From Eledone cirrhosa (lineage: Eukaryota), in NCBI GenBank assembly GCA_964016885.1, contig OZ024740.1:295430001-295494000 (forward strand): a stretch of DNA of 64,000 nucleotides. The letters are read 5' to 3'. Under the pieces are notes generated by a model. The model was not told where the DNA came from, made no database searches, and saw nothing but the letters and a program-made list of their open reading frames with translations. Of the stretch, positions 22,503 to 37,143 are shown piece by piece (positions within the stretch are counted from its first letter, which is position 1; each line of letters starts with the position of its first letter). The position numbers were made by a program, and so were the translations under genes.

Positions 22503-24917
22503 CAAGACTTTCGGATCACCTTGTACAACAAATCAGTATAGAATAGAGTATCAGGAGAGTATATGGTAGAACAGGGATATAAATCATTTTTTATTTTATG
22601 GATCCATTTTTATTTAAGTGATCCATTTTATATTTGATGGATCCATTTTTTTACTTAGGTGATCCATTTTTTATTTAGGTGATCCACTTTTTATTTGATG
22701 GATCCTTTTTTATTTAGGGGATCAATTTTTTATTTGATGGATCCTTTTTTTATTTAGGTGATCCATTTTTTATTTGATGGATCCATTTTTTATTTGATGG
22801 ATCCTTTTTTATTTAGGTGATCCATTTTTTATTTGATGGATCCTTTTTATTTATGTGATCCATTTTTTTATTTGATGGATCCATTTTTTATTTGATGGAT
22901 CCTTTTTATTTAGGTGATCCATTTTTATTTGATGGATCCATTTTTATTTGATGGATCCTTTTTTATTTAGGTGATCCATATTTTATTTGATGGATCCTTT
23001 TTTATTTAGGTGATCCAATTTTTATTTGATGGATCCATTTTTTATTTAGGTGATCCATTTTATATTTGATGGATCCATTTTTTTATTTAGATGATCCATT
23101 TTTTATTTAGGTGATCCATTTTTTATTTAGGTGATCCATTTTTTATTTGATGGACCCATTTTTTATTTGATGGATACTTTTTATTTAGGTGATCCATTTT
23201 TTATTTGATGGATCCGTTTTATTTAGGTGATCCATTTTTTATTTGATGGATCCTTTTTTATTTAGGTGATCCATTTTTTATTTGATGGATCCATTTTTTA
23301 TTTGATGGATCCTTTTTTAATTAGGTGATCCATTTTTTATTTGATGGATCCATTTTTACTTGATGGATCCTTTTTTATTTAGGTGATCCATTTTTTATTT
23401 GATGGATGCATCTTTTATTTGATGGATCCATTTTAATTTAGGTGATCCATTTTTTATTTGATGGATCCATTTTTTATTTGATGGATCCTTTTTTATTTAG
23501 GTGATCCATTTTTTATTTGATGGATCCTTTTTTATTTAGGTGATCCATTTTTTATTTGATGGATCCATTTTTTATTTGATGGATCCTTTTTTATTTAGGT
23601 GATCCATTTTTTATTTGATGGATCCTTTTTTATTTAGGTGATCCAATTTTTATTTGATGGATCCATTTTTTATTTAGGTGATCCATTTTTATTTGATGGA
23701 TCCATTTTTATTTAGGTGATCCATTTTATATTTGATGGATCCATTTTTTTTATTTAGGTGATCCATTTTTTATTTAGGTGATCCATTTTTTATTTGATGG
23801 ATCCTTTTTTATTTAGGTGATCCATTTTTTATTTGATGGATCCTTTTTATTTAGGTGATCCATTTTTTATTTGATGGATCCATTTTTTATTTGATGGATC
23901 CTTTTTTATTCAGGTGATCCATTTTTTATTTGATGGATCCTTTTTATTTAGGTGATACATTTTTTATTTGATGGATCCTTTTTTATTTAGGTGATCCATT
24001 TTTTATTTGATGGATCCATTTTTTATTTGATGGATACTTTTTTTATTTAGTTGATACATTTTTTATTTGATGGATCCATTTTTTATTTGATGGATCCATT
24101 TTTATTTAGGTGATCCATTTTTTATTTGATGGATCCTTTTTATTTAGGTGATCCATTTTTTATTTGATGGATCCTTTTTATTTAGGTGATCCATTTTTTA
24201 TTTGATGGATCCGTTTTATTTAGGTGATCCATTTTTTATTTGATGGATCCTTTTTTATTTAGGTTATCCATTTTTTATTTGATGGATCCATTTTTTATTT
24301 GATGGATCCATTTTTATTTAGGTGATCCATTTTTTATTTGATGGATCCTTTTTTATTTAGGTGATTCATTTTTTATTTGATGGATCCTTTTTATTTAGGT
24401 GATCCATTTTTTATTTGATGGATCCGTTTTATTTAGGTGATCCATTTTTTGTTTGATGGATCGTTTTTTATTTAGGTGATCAATTTATTATTTGATGGAT
24501 CCATTTTTTATTCGATGGATCCTTTTTTATTTAGGTGATCCATTCTTTATTTGATGGATCCATTTTTACTTGATGGATCCTTTTTTATTTAGGCGATCGA
24601 ATAAAAAATGGATCCATCAAATAAAAAATGGATCACCTAAATAAAAAAATGGATCCATCAAATAAAAAATGGATCACCTAAATAAAAAAATGGATCCATC
24701 ATATAAAAAATGGATCACCTAAATAAAAAATGATCCATCAAATAAAATATGGATCCATCAAATAAAAAATGGATTACCTAAATAAAAAAGGATCCATCAA
24801 ATAATAAATGGATCCATCAAATAAAAAATGGATCACCTAAATAAAAAAGGATCCATCAAATAAAAAATGGATCACCTAAATAAAAAAGGATCCATCAAAT
24901 AAAAAATGGATCACCTA

Positions 24918-25705
24918 CTTTAGATAAATAAAAAATACGTCCAAGATCAACAAAAGCAGGTTGTGAAAATTCTGGTCGGCCAGTATCACTAGTCTGTAGC
25001 GGTGAATTGGCAGTATGAGTAGAGGGTCGTACGCCATGCTTTCCAGCATAGTTACGTTCCTTTACGTTCTGAGTTCAAATCCCGTTGAGATTAACTTTGC
25101 CTTTCATCCTTATAGGGTCGATAAAAGAAGAAATAAATAAAAAAACATGATGTTTTATGGAAAAGTAATAAAATGTTCTTCACAAAAAATAATAAAACTC
25201 CTAGAATTCTATAACTACAGAAATATATGTATATACAAAGATAATAAATGATATATTACAACAGGATCACAAGAACACAGCAACAATAATAATTTTCAGA
25301 ATGAATATACAAAAAATAATGTAAGTTAAAACAATATGTGACATTGTTTTAACTTACATTATTTTTTGTTTTAATTATATAATATATAGTATCGTTAATT
25401 ATAATATGTAATAATAATAATATAATTTTCTATTTCAGAGCTCAGCTTTGGAAGAGAGGCTGCTTGCAAGTGTATGGACATATGATCGTGTGCATTCTAG
25501 CAAGAGCATGGAGGATGTGCGACATGACTTCATTGCAAGATTCGGTAAACCAGCTCCTATGAAGAGGACGATACTGCGATGGGAACATAAACTATTTCTC
25601 ATTACTTTTGGTAGGGGGTGACAAGACATTCGGACCACCTTGTACAACAAATCAGTATAGAATAGAGTATCAGGAGAGTATATGGTAGAACAGGGATATA
25701 AATCA
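24918..25705 (+). repeat. Macro-repeat core, copy 2 (~300-bp internal deletion)
   Basis: GGTCGATAAAA is joined directly to GAAGAAATAAAT near 25126. Confidence 0.93.
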
Positions 25706-27819
25706 TTTTTTATTTGATGGATCCATTTTTATTTAAGTGATCCATTTTATATTTGATGGATCCATTTTTTTATTTAGGTGATCCATTTTTTATTTAGGTG
25801 ATCCACTTTTTATTTGATGGATCCTTTTTTATTTAGGTGATCCATTTTTTATTTGAAGGATCAATTTTTTATTTGATGGATCCTTTTTTTATTTAGGTGA
25901 TCCATTTTTTATTTGATGGATCCATTTTTTATTTGATGGATCCTTTTTTATTTAGGTGATCCATTTTTTATTTGATGGATCCTTTTTATTTAGGTGATCC
26001 ATATTTTATTTGATGAATCCATTTTTTATCTGATGGATCCTTTTTATTTAAGTGATCCATTTTTTATTTGATGGATCAATTTTTTATTTGATGGATCCTT
26101 TTTATTTATGTGATCCATTTTTTATTTGATGGATCCATTTTTTATTTGATGGATCCTTTTTATTTAGGTGATCCATTTTTTATTTGATGGATCCTTTTTT
26201 ATTTAGGTGATCCATTTTTTATTTGATGGATCCTTTTTTATTTAGGTGATCCATTTTTTATTTGATGGATCCATTTTTATTTGATGGATCCTTTTTTATT
26301 TAGGTGATCCATTTTTTATTTGATGGATCCATTTTTTATTTGATGCATCCTTTTTTATTTAGGTGATCCATTTTTTATTTGATGGATCCATTTTTTATTT
26401 GATGGATCCTTTTTTATTTAGGTGATCCATTTTTTGTTTGATGGATCCATTTTTTATTTGATGGATCCTTTTTTATTTAGTTGATCCATTTTTTATTTGA
26501 TGGATCCTTTTTTATTTAGGTGATCCATTTTTTATTTGATGGATCCATTTTTTATTTGATGGATCCTTTTTTATTTACGTGATCCATTTTTTATATGATG
26601 GATCCATTTTTTATTTGATGGATCCTTTTTTATTTAGGTGATCCATTTTTATTTGATGGATCCTTTTTATTTAGGTGATCCATTTTTTATTTGATGGATC
26701 CATTTTTTATTTGATGGATTCTTTTTTATTTAGGTGATCCATTTTTTATTTGATGGATACTTTTTTATTTAGGTGATCCATTCTTTATTTGATGGATCCA
26801 TTTTTTTTATTTAGGTGATCCATTTTTTATTTGATGGATCCATTTTTATTTAGGTGATCCATTTTTTATTTGATGGATCCTTCTTTATTTAGGTGATCCA
26901 TTTTCTATTTGATGGATCCATTTTTTATTTGATGGATCCTTTTTTATTTAGGTGATCCATTTTTTATTTGATGGATCCTTTTTATTTAGGTGATCCATTT
27001 TTTATTTGATGAATCCATTTTTTATCTGATGGATCCTTTTTATTTAAGTGATCCATTTTTTATTTGATGGATCAATTTTTTATTTGATGGATCCTTTTTA
27101 TTTATGTGATCCATTTTTTATTTGATGGATCCTTTTTATTTAGGTGATCCATTTTTTATTTGATGGATCCTTTTTTATTTAGGTGATCCATTTTTTATTT
27201 GATGGATCCTTTTTTATTTAGGTGATCCATTTTTTATTTGATGGATCCATTTTTATTTGATGGTTCCTTTTTTATTTAGGTGATACATTTTTTATTTGAT
27301 GGATCCATTTTTTATTTGATGCATCCTTTTTTATTTAGGTGATCCATTTTTTATTTGATGTATCCATTTTTTATTTGATGGATCCTTTTTTATTTAGGTG
27401 ATCCATTTTTTGTTTGATGGATCCATTTTTTATTTGATGGATCCTTTTTTATTTAGTTGATCCATTTTTATTTGATGGATCCTTTTTTATTTAGGTGATC
27501 CATTTTTTATTTGATGGATCCATGTTTTATTTGATGGATTCTTTTTTATTTAGGTGATCCATTTTTTATTTGATGGATACTTTTTTATTTAGGTGATCCA
27601 TTTTTTATTTGATGGATCCATCATAAAAAATGGATCACCTAAATAAAAAAATGGATCCATCAAATAAAAAATGGATCACCAAAATAAAAAAGGATCCATC
27701 AAATATAAAATGGATCACCTAAATAAAAAAGGATCCATCAAATAAAAAATGGATCCATCAAATAAAAAATGGATCACCTAAATAAAAATGGATCCATCAA
27801 ATAAAAAATGGATCACCTA

Positions 27820-28903
27820 CTTTAGATAAATAAAAAATACGTCCAAGATCAACAAAAGCAGGTTGTGAAAATTCTGGTCTGCCAATATCACTAGTCTGTA
27901 GCGCTGAATTGGCAATATCAGTAGAGGGTCGTACGCCATGCTTTCCAGCATAGTTACGTTCCTTTACGTTCAGAGTTCAAATCCCGTTGAGATTAACTTT
28001 GCCTTTCATCCTTATGGGGTCGATAACATAAAGTACCAGTAATGCACTGGGTAATAGCTGGCCTTGTGCCAAAAGTAGAAACAATTATTAGTAAGATCGA
28101 GAGGAATAAGACAAGTTTAAAGCAGTGTTTATAATATAGACTCTTGTCCGAGTCATAACATGAAGGGCTTACTCTGCCACACTCTCCAGCTCGTCACAGA
28201 AAAGGCGACCATAATATATACAAGAATGGCTCTCATACATTCTTAGTGGGAATCAAATGAAAGTAGACATCCGTAAGCAATGGCGCTAACTAGTGAAATG
28301 AGTTACTCTGAGACCACATAAAAAGAAGAATTAAATAAAAAATATGATGTTTTATGGAAAAGTAATAAAATGTTCTTCACAAAAAATAATAAAACTCCTA
28401 GAATTCTATAACTACAGAAATATATGTATATACAAAGATAATAAATGATATATTACAACAGGATCACAAGAACACAGCAACAATAATAATTTTCAGAATG
28501 AATATACAAAAAATAATGTAAGTTAAAACAATATGTGACATATGTTTTAACTTACATTATTTGTTGTTTTAATTATATAATATATAGTATCGTTAATTAT
28601 AATATGTAATAATAATAATATAATTTCCTATTTCAGAGCTCAGCTTTGGAAGAGAGGCTGCTTGCAAGTGTATGGACATATGATCGTGTGCATTGTAGCA
28701 AGAGCATGGAGGATGTGCGACATGACTTCATTACAAGATTCGGTAAACCAGCTCCTATGAAGAGGACGATACTGCGATGGGAACATAAACTATTTCTCAT
28801 TACTTTTGGTAGGGGGTGACAAGACTTTCGGACCACCTTGTACAACAAATCAGTATAGAATAGGGTATCAGGAGAGTATATGGTAGAACAGGGATATAAA
28901 TCA
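27820..28903 (+). repeat. Macro-repeat core, copy 3
   Basis: Near-identical to copy 1. Confidence 0.95.
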
Positions 28904-31900
28904 TTTTTTATTTGATGGATCCATTTTTATTTAGGTGATCCATTTTATATTTGATGGATCCATTTTTTTTATTTAGGGGATCCATTTTTTATTTAGGTGA
29001 TCCACTTTTTATTTGATGGATCCTTTTTTATTTAGGTGATCCATTCTTTATTTGAAGGATCCATTTTTTATTTGATGGATCATTTTTTTATTTAGGTGAT
29101 CCATTTTTTATTTGATGGATCCATTTTTTATTTGATGGATCCTTTTTTATTTAGGTGATCCATTTTTTATTTGATGGATCCTTTTTATTTAGGTGATCCA
29201 TTTTTTATTTGATGGATCCTTTTTATTTAGGTGATCCATCTTTTATTTGATGGATCCTTTTTTATTTAGGTGATCCATTTTTTATTTGATGGATCCATTT
29301 TTTATTTGATGGATCCATTTTTTATCTAGGTGATCCATTTTTTATTTGATGGATCCATTTTTTATTTGATGGATCCTTTTTTTATTTAGGTGATCCATTT
29401 TTTATTTGATGGATCCATTTTTTATTTGATGGATCCTTTTTATTCAGGTGATCCATTTTTTATTTGATGGATCAATTTTTTATTTGATGGATCCTTTTTA
29501 TTTATGTGATCTATTTTTTATTTGATGGATCCATTTTTTATTTGATGGATCCTTTTTATTTAGGTGATCCATTTTTTATTTGATGGATCCTTTTTTATTT
29601 AGGTGATCCATTTTTTATTTGATGGATCCTTTTTTTATTCAGGGGATCCATTTTTTATTTGATGGATCCTTTTTTATTTAGGTGATCCATTTTTTATTTG
29701 ATGGACCCATTTTTTATTTGATGGATCCTTTTTTATTTAGGTGATCCATTTATTATTTGATGGATCCTTTTTATTTAGGTGATCCATTTTTTATTTGATG
29801 GATCCGTTTTATTTAGGTGATCCATATTTTATTTGATGGATCCTTTTTTATTTAGGTGATCCATTTTTATTTGATGGATCCATTTTTTATTTGATGGATC
29901 CTTTTTTATTTAGGTGATCCATCTTTTATTTGATGGATCCATTTTTACTTGATGGATCCTTTTTTATTTAGGTGATCCATTTTTTATTTGATGGATCCAT
30001 TTTTTATTTGATGGATCCATTTTAATTTAGGTGATCCATTTTTTATTTGATGGATCCTTTTTTATTTAGGTGATACATTTTTTATTTGATGGATCCTTTT
30101 TTATTTAGGTGATCCATTTTTTATTTGATGGATCCATTTTTTATTTGATGGATCCTTTTTTATTTAGGTGATCCATATTTTATTTGATGGATCCTTTTTT
30201 ATTTAGGTGATCCAATTTTTATTTGATGTATCCATTTTTTATTTAGGTGATCCATGTTTATTTGATGGATCCATTTTTATTTAGGTGATCCATTTTATAT
30301 TTGATGGATCCATTTTTTTATTTAGGTGATCCATTTTTTATTTAGGTGATCCATTTTTTATTTAGGTGATCCATTTATTATTTGATGGACCCATTTTTTA
30401 TTTGATGGATCCTTTTTTATTTAGGTGATCCATTTTTTATTTGATGGATCCTTTTTATTTAGGTGATCCATTTTTTATTTGATGGATCCTTTTTATTTAG
30501 GTGATCCATTTTTTATTTCATGGATCCTTTTTCATTTAGGTGATCCATTTTTTATTTGATGGATCCATGTTTTATTTGATGGATCCTTTTTTATTTAGGT
30601 GATCCATTTTCTATTTGATGGATCCATTTTTTATTTGATGGATCCTTCTTTATTTAGGTGATCCATTTTTTATTTGATGGATCCTTTTTATTTAGGTGAT
30701 CCATTTTTTATTTGATGAATCCATTTTTTATCTGATGGATCCTTTTTATTTAAGTGATCCATTTTTAATTTGATGGATCAATTTTTTATTTGATGGATCC
30801 TTTTTATTTATGTGATCCATTTTTTATTTGATGGATCCATTTTTTATTTGATGGATCCTTTTTATTTAGGTGATCCATTTTTTATTTGATGGAATCTTTT
30901 TTATTTAGGTGATCCATTTTTTATTTGATGGATCCTTTTTTATTTAGGTGATGCATTTTTTATTTGATGGATCCATTTTTATTTGATGGATCCTTTTTTA
31001 TTTAGGTGATCCATTTTTTATTTGATGGATCCATTTTTTATTTGATGCATCCTTTTTTATTTAGGTGATCCATTTTTTATTTGATGGATCCTTTTTTATT
31101 TAGGTGATCCATTTTTTGTTTGATGGATCCATTTTTTATTTGATGGATCCTTTTTTATTTAGTTGATCCATTTTTTATTTGATGGATCCTTTTTTATTTA
31201 GGTGATCCATTTTTTATTTGATGGATCCATTTTTTATTTGATGGATCCTTTTTTATTTACGTGATCCATTTTTTATTTGATGGATCCATTTTTTATTTGA
31301 TGGATCCTTTTTTATTTAGGTGATCCATTTTTATTTGATGGATCCTTTTTTATTTAGGTTATCCATTTTTTATTTGATGGATCCATTTTTTATTTGATGG
31401 ATTCTTTTTTATTTAGGTGATCCATTTTTTATTTGATGGATTCTTTTTTATTTAGGTGATCCATTTTTTATTTGATGGATCCTTTTTTATTTAGGTGATC
31501 CATTTTTTATTTGATGGATCCATTTTTTATTTGATGGATCCTTTTTTATTTAGGTGATCCATTTTTCATTTGATGGATCCATTTTTTATTTGATGGATCC
31601 TTTTTTATTTAGGTGATCCATTTTTTATATGATGGATCCTTTTTTATTTAGGTGATCCATTTTTTATTTGATGGATCCATTTTTTATTTGATGGATCCTT
31701 TTTTATTTAGGTGATCCATTTTTTATTTGATGGATCCATTTTTTATTTGATGGATCCTTTTTTATTTAGGTGATCCATTTTTTATTTGATGGATCCATTT
31801 TTTATTTGATGGATCCTTTTTTATTTAGGTGATCCATTTTTATTTAATGGATCCATTTTTTATTTCATGGATCCTTTTTTATTTAGGTGATCCATTTTTA

Positions 31901-33206
31901 TTTGATGGATCCTTTTTTATTTAGGTGATCCATTTTTTATTTGATGGATCCATTTTTTTATTTAGGTGATCCATTTTTTATTTGATGGATCCATTTTTAT
32001 TTAGGTGATCCATTTTTTATTTGATGGATCCTTTTTTATTTAGGTGATCCATTTTTTATTTGATGGATCCATTTTTTATTTGATTCATCCTTTTTTATTT
32101 AGGTGATCCATTTTTTATTTGATGGATCCATTTTTTATTTGATCGATTCTTTTTAATTTAGGTGATCCATTTTTTATTTGATGGATCCTTTTTTTATTTA
32201 GGTGATCCATTTTTTATTTGATGGATCCATTTTTTAGTTGATGGATCCTTTTTTATTTAGGTGATCCATTTTTTATTTGATGTCCCTTTTTTATTTGATG
32301 GATCCTTTTTTATTTAGGTGATACATTTTTTATTTGATGGATCTTTTTAATTTAGGTGATCCATTTTTTATTTGATGGATCCATTTTTTATTTGATGGAT
32401 CCTTTTTTATTTAGGTGATCCATTTTTTATTTGATGGATCCATTTTTTATTTGATGGATCCTTTTTTATTTAGGTGATCCATTTTTTATTTGATGGATCC
32501 ATTTTTTATTTGATGGATCCTTTTTTATTTAGGTGATCCATTTTTTATTTGATGGATCCATTTTTTATTTGATGGATCCTTTCTCATTTAGGTGATCCAT
32601 TTTTTATTTGTTGGATCCTTTTCTATTTAGGTGATCCATTTTTTATTTAATGGATCCATTTTTTTATTTGATGGATCCTTTTTTATTTAGGTGATCCATT
32701 TTTATTTGATGCATCCTTTTTTATTTAGGTGATCCATTTTTTATTTGATGGATCCATTTTTTATTTAGGTGATCCATTTTTTATTTGATGGATCCTTTTT
32801 TATTTAGGTGGTCCATTTTTTATTTGATGGATCCATTTTTTATTTGATGGATCCTTTTTTATTTAGGCGATGAAATAAAAAATGGATCACCTAAATAAAA
32901 AATTATCCATCAAATAAAATATGGATCCATCAAATAAAAAATGAATTACCTAAATAAAAAAGGATCCATCAAATAAAAAATGGATCCATCAAATAAAAAA
33001 TAGATCACCTAAATAAAAAAGGATCCATCAAATAAAATATGGATCCATCAAATAAAAAATGGATTACCTAAAAAAAAAGGATCCATCAAATAATAAATGG
33101 ATCCATCAAATAAATAATGGATCACCTAAATAAAAAAGGATCCATCAAATAAAAAATGGATCACCTAAATAAAAAAGGATCCATCAAATAAAAAATGGAT
33201 CACCTA

Positions 33207-34293
33207 CTTTAGATAAATAAAAGATACGTCCAAGATCAACAAAAGCAGGTTGTGAAAATTCCGGTCTGCCAGTACCACTAGTCTGTAGCGGTGAATTGGC
33301 AGTATGAGTAGAGGGTCGTACGCCATGCTTTCCAGCATAGTTACGTTCCTTTACGTTCTGAGTTCAAATCCCGTTGAGATTAACTTTGCCTTTCATCCTT
33401 ATGGGGTCGATAAAATAAAGTACCAGTAATGCACTGGGTAATTGCTGGCCTTGTGCCAAAAGTAGAAACAATTATTAGTAAGATCGAGAGGAATAAGACA
33501 AGTTTAAAGCAGTGTGTTTATAATATAGACTCATGTCCGAGTCATAACATGAAGGGCTTACTCTGCCACACTCTCCAGCTCGTCACAGAAAAGGCGACCA
33601 TAATATATACAAGAATGGCTCTCATACATTCTTAGTGGGAATCAAATGAAAGTAGACATCCGTAAGCAATGGCGCTAACTAGTGAAATGAGTTACTCTGA
33701 GACCACATAAAAAGAAGAAATAAATAAAAAACATGATGTTTTATGGAAAAGTAATAAAATGTTCTTCCCAAAAAATAATAAAACTCCTAGAATTCTATAA
33801 CTACAGAAATATATGTATATACAAAGATAATAAATGATATATTACAACAGGATCACAAGAACACAGCAACAATAATAATTTTCAGAATGAATATACAAAA
33901 AATAATGTAAGTTAAAACAATATGTGACATATTGTTTTACCTTACATTATTTTTTGTTTTAATTATATAATATATAGTATCGTTAATTATAATATGTAAT
34001 AATAATAATATAATTTTCTATTTCAGAGCTCAGCTTTGGAAGAGAGGCTGCTTGCAAGTGTATGGACATATGATCGTGTGCATTCTTGCAAGAGCATGGA
34101 GGATGTGCGACATGACTTCATTGCAAGATTCGGTAAACCAGCTCCTATGAAGAGGACGATACTGCGATGGGAACCTAAACTATTTCTCATTACTTTTGGT
34201 AGGGGGTGACAAGACTTTCGGACCACCTTGTACAACAAATCAGTATAGAATAGGGTATCAGGAGAGTATATGGTAGAACAGGGATATAAATCA
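33207..34293 (+). repeat. Macro-repeat core, copy 4
   Basis: Near-identical to copy 1. Confidence 0.95.
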
Positions 34294-36056
34294 TTTTTTA
34301 TTTGATGGATCCATTTTTATTTAGGTGATCCATTTTTTATTTGATGGATCCTTTTTTATTTAGGTGATCCATTTTTTATTTGATGGATCCATTTTTTATT
34401 TGATGCATCTTTCTTTATTTAGGTGATCCATTTTTTATTTGATGGATCCATTTTTTATTTGATGGATCCTTTTTAATTTAGGTGATCCATTTTTTATTTG
34501 ATGGATCCTTTTTTATTTAGGTGATCCATTTTTTATTTGATGGATCCTTTTTTATCTAGGAGATCCATTTTTTATTTGATGAATCCATTTTTTATTTGAT
34601 GGATCCTTTTTTATTTAGGTGATCCATTTTTCATTTGATGGATCCATTTTTTTATTTGATGGATCCTTTTTTATTTAGGTGATCCATTTTTTATATGATG
34701 GATCCTTTTTTATTTAGGTGATCCATTTTTTATTTGATGGATCCATTTTTTATTTGATGGATCCTTTTTTATTTAGGTGATCCATTTTTTATTTGATGGA
34801 TCTATTTTTTATTTGATGGATCCTTTTTTATTTAGGTGATCCATTTTTTATTTGATGGATCCATTTTTTATTTGATCGATCGTTTTTAATTTAGGTGATC
34901 CATTTTTTATTTGATGGATCCTTTTTTTATTTAGGTGATCCATTTTTTATTTGATGGATCCATTTTTTAGTTGATGGATCCTTTTTTATTTAGGTGATCC
35001 ATTTTTTATTTGATGTCCCTTTTTTATTTGATGGATCCTTTTTTATTTAGGTGATCCATTTTTTATTTGATGTCCCTTTTTTATTTGATGGATCCTTTTT
35101 TATTTAGGTGATCCATTTTTATTTAATGGATCCTTTTTTATTTAGGTGATCCATTTTTTATTTGATGGATCCATTTTTTTATTTAGGTGATCCATTTTTT
35201 ATTTGATGGATCCATTTTTATTTAGGTGATCCATTTTTTATTTGATGGATCCTTTTTTATTTAGGTGATCCATTTTTTATTTGATGGATCCATTTTTTAT
35301 TTGATTCATCCTTTTTTATTTAGGTGATCCATTTTTTATTTGATGGATCCATTTTTTATTTGATCGATCGTTTTTAATTTAGGTGATCCATTTTTTATTT
35401 GATGGATCCTTTTTTTATTTAGGTGATCCATTTTTTATTTGATGGATCCATTTTTTAGTTGATGGATCCTTTTTTATTTAGGTGATCCATTTTTTATTTG
35501 ATGTCCCTTTTTTATTTGATGGATCCTTTTCTATTTAGGTGATACATTTTTTATTTGATGGATCTTTTTAATTTAGGTGATCCATTTTTTATTTGATGTA
35601 TCCATTTTTTATTTGATGGATCCTTTTTTTATTTAGGTGATCCATTTTTTATTTGATGGATCCATTTTTTATTTGATGGATCCTTTTTTATTTAGGCGAT
35701 CAAATAAAAAATGGATCCATCAAATAAAAAATGGATCACCTAAATAAAAAATTATCCATCAAATAAAATATGGATCCATCAAATAAAAAATGGATTACCT
35801 AAATAAAAAAGGATCCATCAAATAAAAAATGGATCCATCAAATAAAAAATAGATCACCTAAATAAAAAAGGATCCATCAAATAAAATATGGATCCATCAA
35901 ATAAAAAATGGATTACCTAAATAAAAAAGGATCCATTAAATAAAAAATGGATCCATCAAATAAATAATGGATCACCTAAATAAAAAAGGATCCATCAAAT
36001 AAAAAATGGATCACCTAAATAAAAAAGGATCCATCAAATAAAAAATGGATCACCTA

Positions 36057-37143
36057 CTTTAGATAAATAAAAGATACGTCCAAGATCAACAAAAGCAGGT
36101 TGTGAAAATTCCGGTCTGCCAGTACCGCTAGTCTGTAGCGGTGAATTGGCAGTATGAGTAGAGGGTTGTACGCCATGCTTTCCAGCATAGTTACGTTCCT
36201 TTACGTTCTGAGTTCAAATCCCGTTGAGATTAACTTTGCCTTTCATCCTTATGGGGTCGATAAAATAAAGTACCAGTAATGCACTGGGTAATTGCTGGCC
36301 TTGTGCCAAAAGTAGAAACAATTATTAGTAAGATCGAGAGGAATAAGACAAGTTTAAAGCAGTGTGTTTATAATATAGACTCATGTCCGAGTCATAACAT
36401 GAAGGGCTTACTCTGCCACACTCTCCAGCTCGTCACAGAAAAGGCGACCATAATATATACAAGAATGGCTCTCATACATTCTTAGTGGGAATCAAATGAA
36501 AGTAGACATCCGTAAGCAATGGCGCTAACTAGTGAAATGAGTTACTCTGAGACCACATAAAAAGAAGAAATAAATAAAAAACATGATGTTTTATGGAAAA
36601 GTAATAAAATGTTCTTCCCAAAAAATAATAAAACTCCTAGAATTCTATAACTACAGAAATATATGTATATACAAAGATAATAAATGATATATTACAACAG
36701 GATAACAAGAACACAGCAACAATAATAATTTTCAGAATGAATATACAAAAAATAATGTAAGTTAAAACAATATGTGACATATTGTTTTACCTTACATTAT
36801 TTTTTGTTTTAATTATATAATATATAGTATCGTTAATTATAATATGTAATAATAATAATATAATTTTCTATTTCAGAGCTCAGCTTTGGAAGAGAGGCTG
36901 CTTGCAAGTGTATGGACATATGATCGTGTGCATTCTTGCAAGAGCATGGAGGATGTGCGACATGACTTCATTGCAAGATTCGGTAAACCAGCTCCTATGA
37001 AGAGGACGATACTGCGATGGGAACCTAAACTATTTCTCATTACTTTTGGTAGGGGGTGACAAGACTTTCGGACCACCTTGTACAACAAATCAGTATAGAA
37101 TAGGGTATCAGGAGAGTATATGGTAGAACAGGGATATAAATCA
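36057..37143 (+). repeat. Macro-repeat core, copy 5
   Basis: Near-identical to copy 4. Confidence 0.95.

Larger units (their letters stand above)
21500..22586 (+). repeat. Macro-repeat core, copy 1
   Basis: Begins CTTTAGATAAATAAAA and ends GGGATATAAATCA; near-identical to eight other copies. Confidence 0.95.

Noticed and set aside
22316-22531. Repeated 71-aa minus-strand ORF
   Set aside because: It has a TTG start and is the antisense shadow of the plus-strand HTH-like frame.
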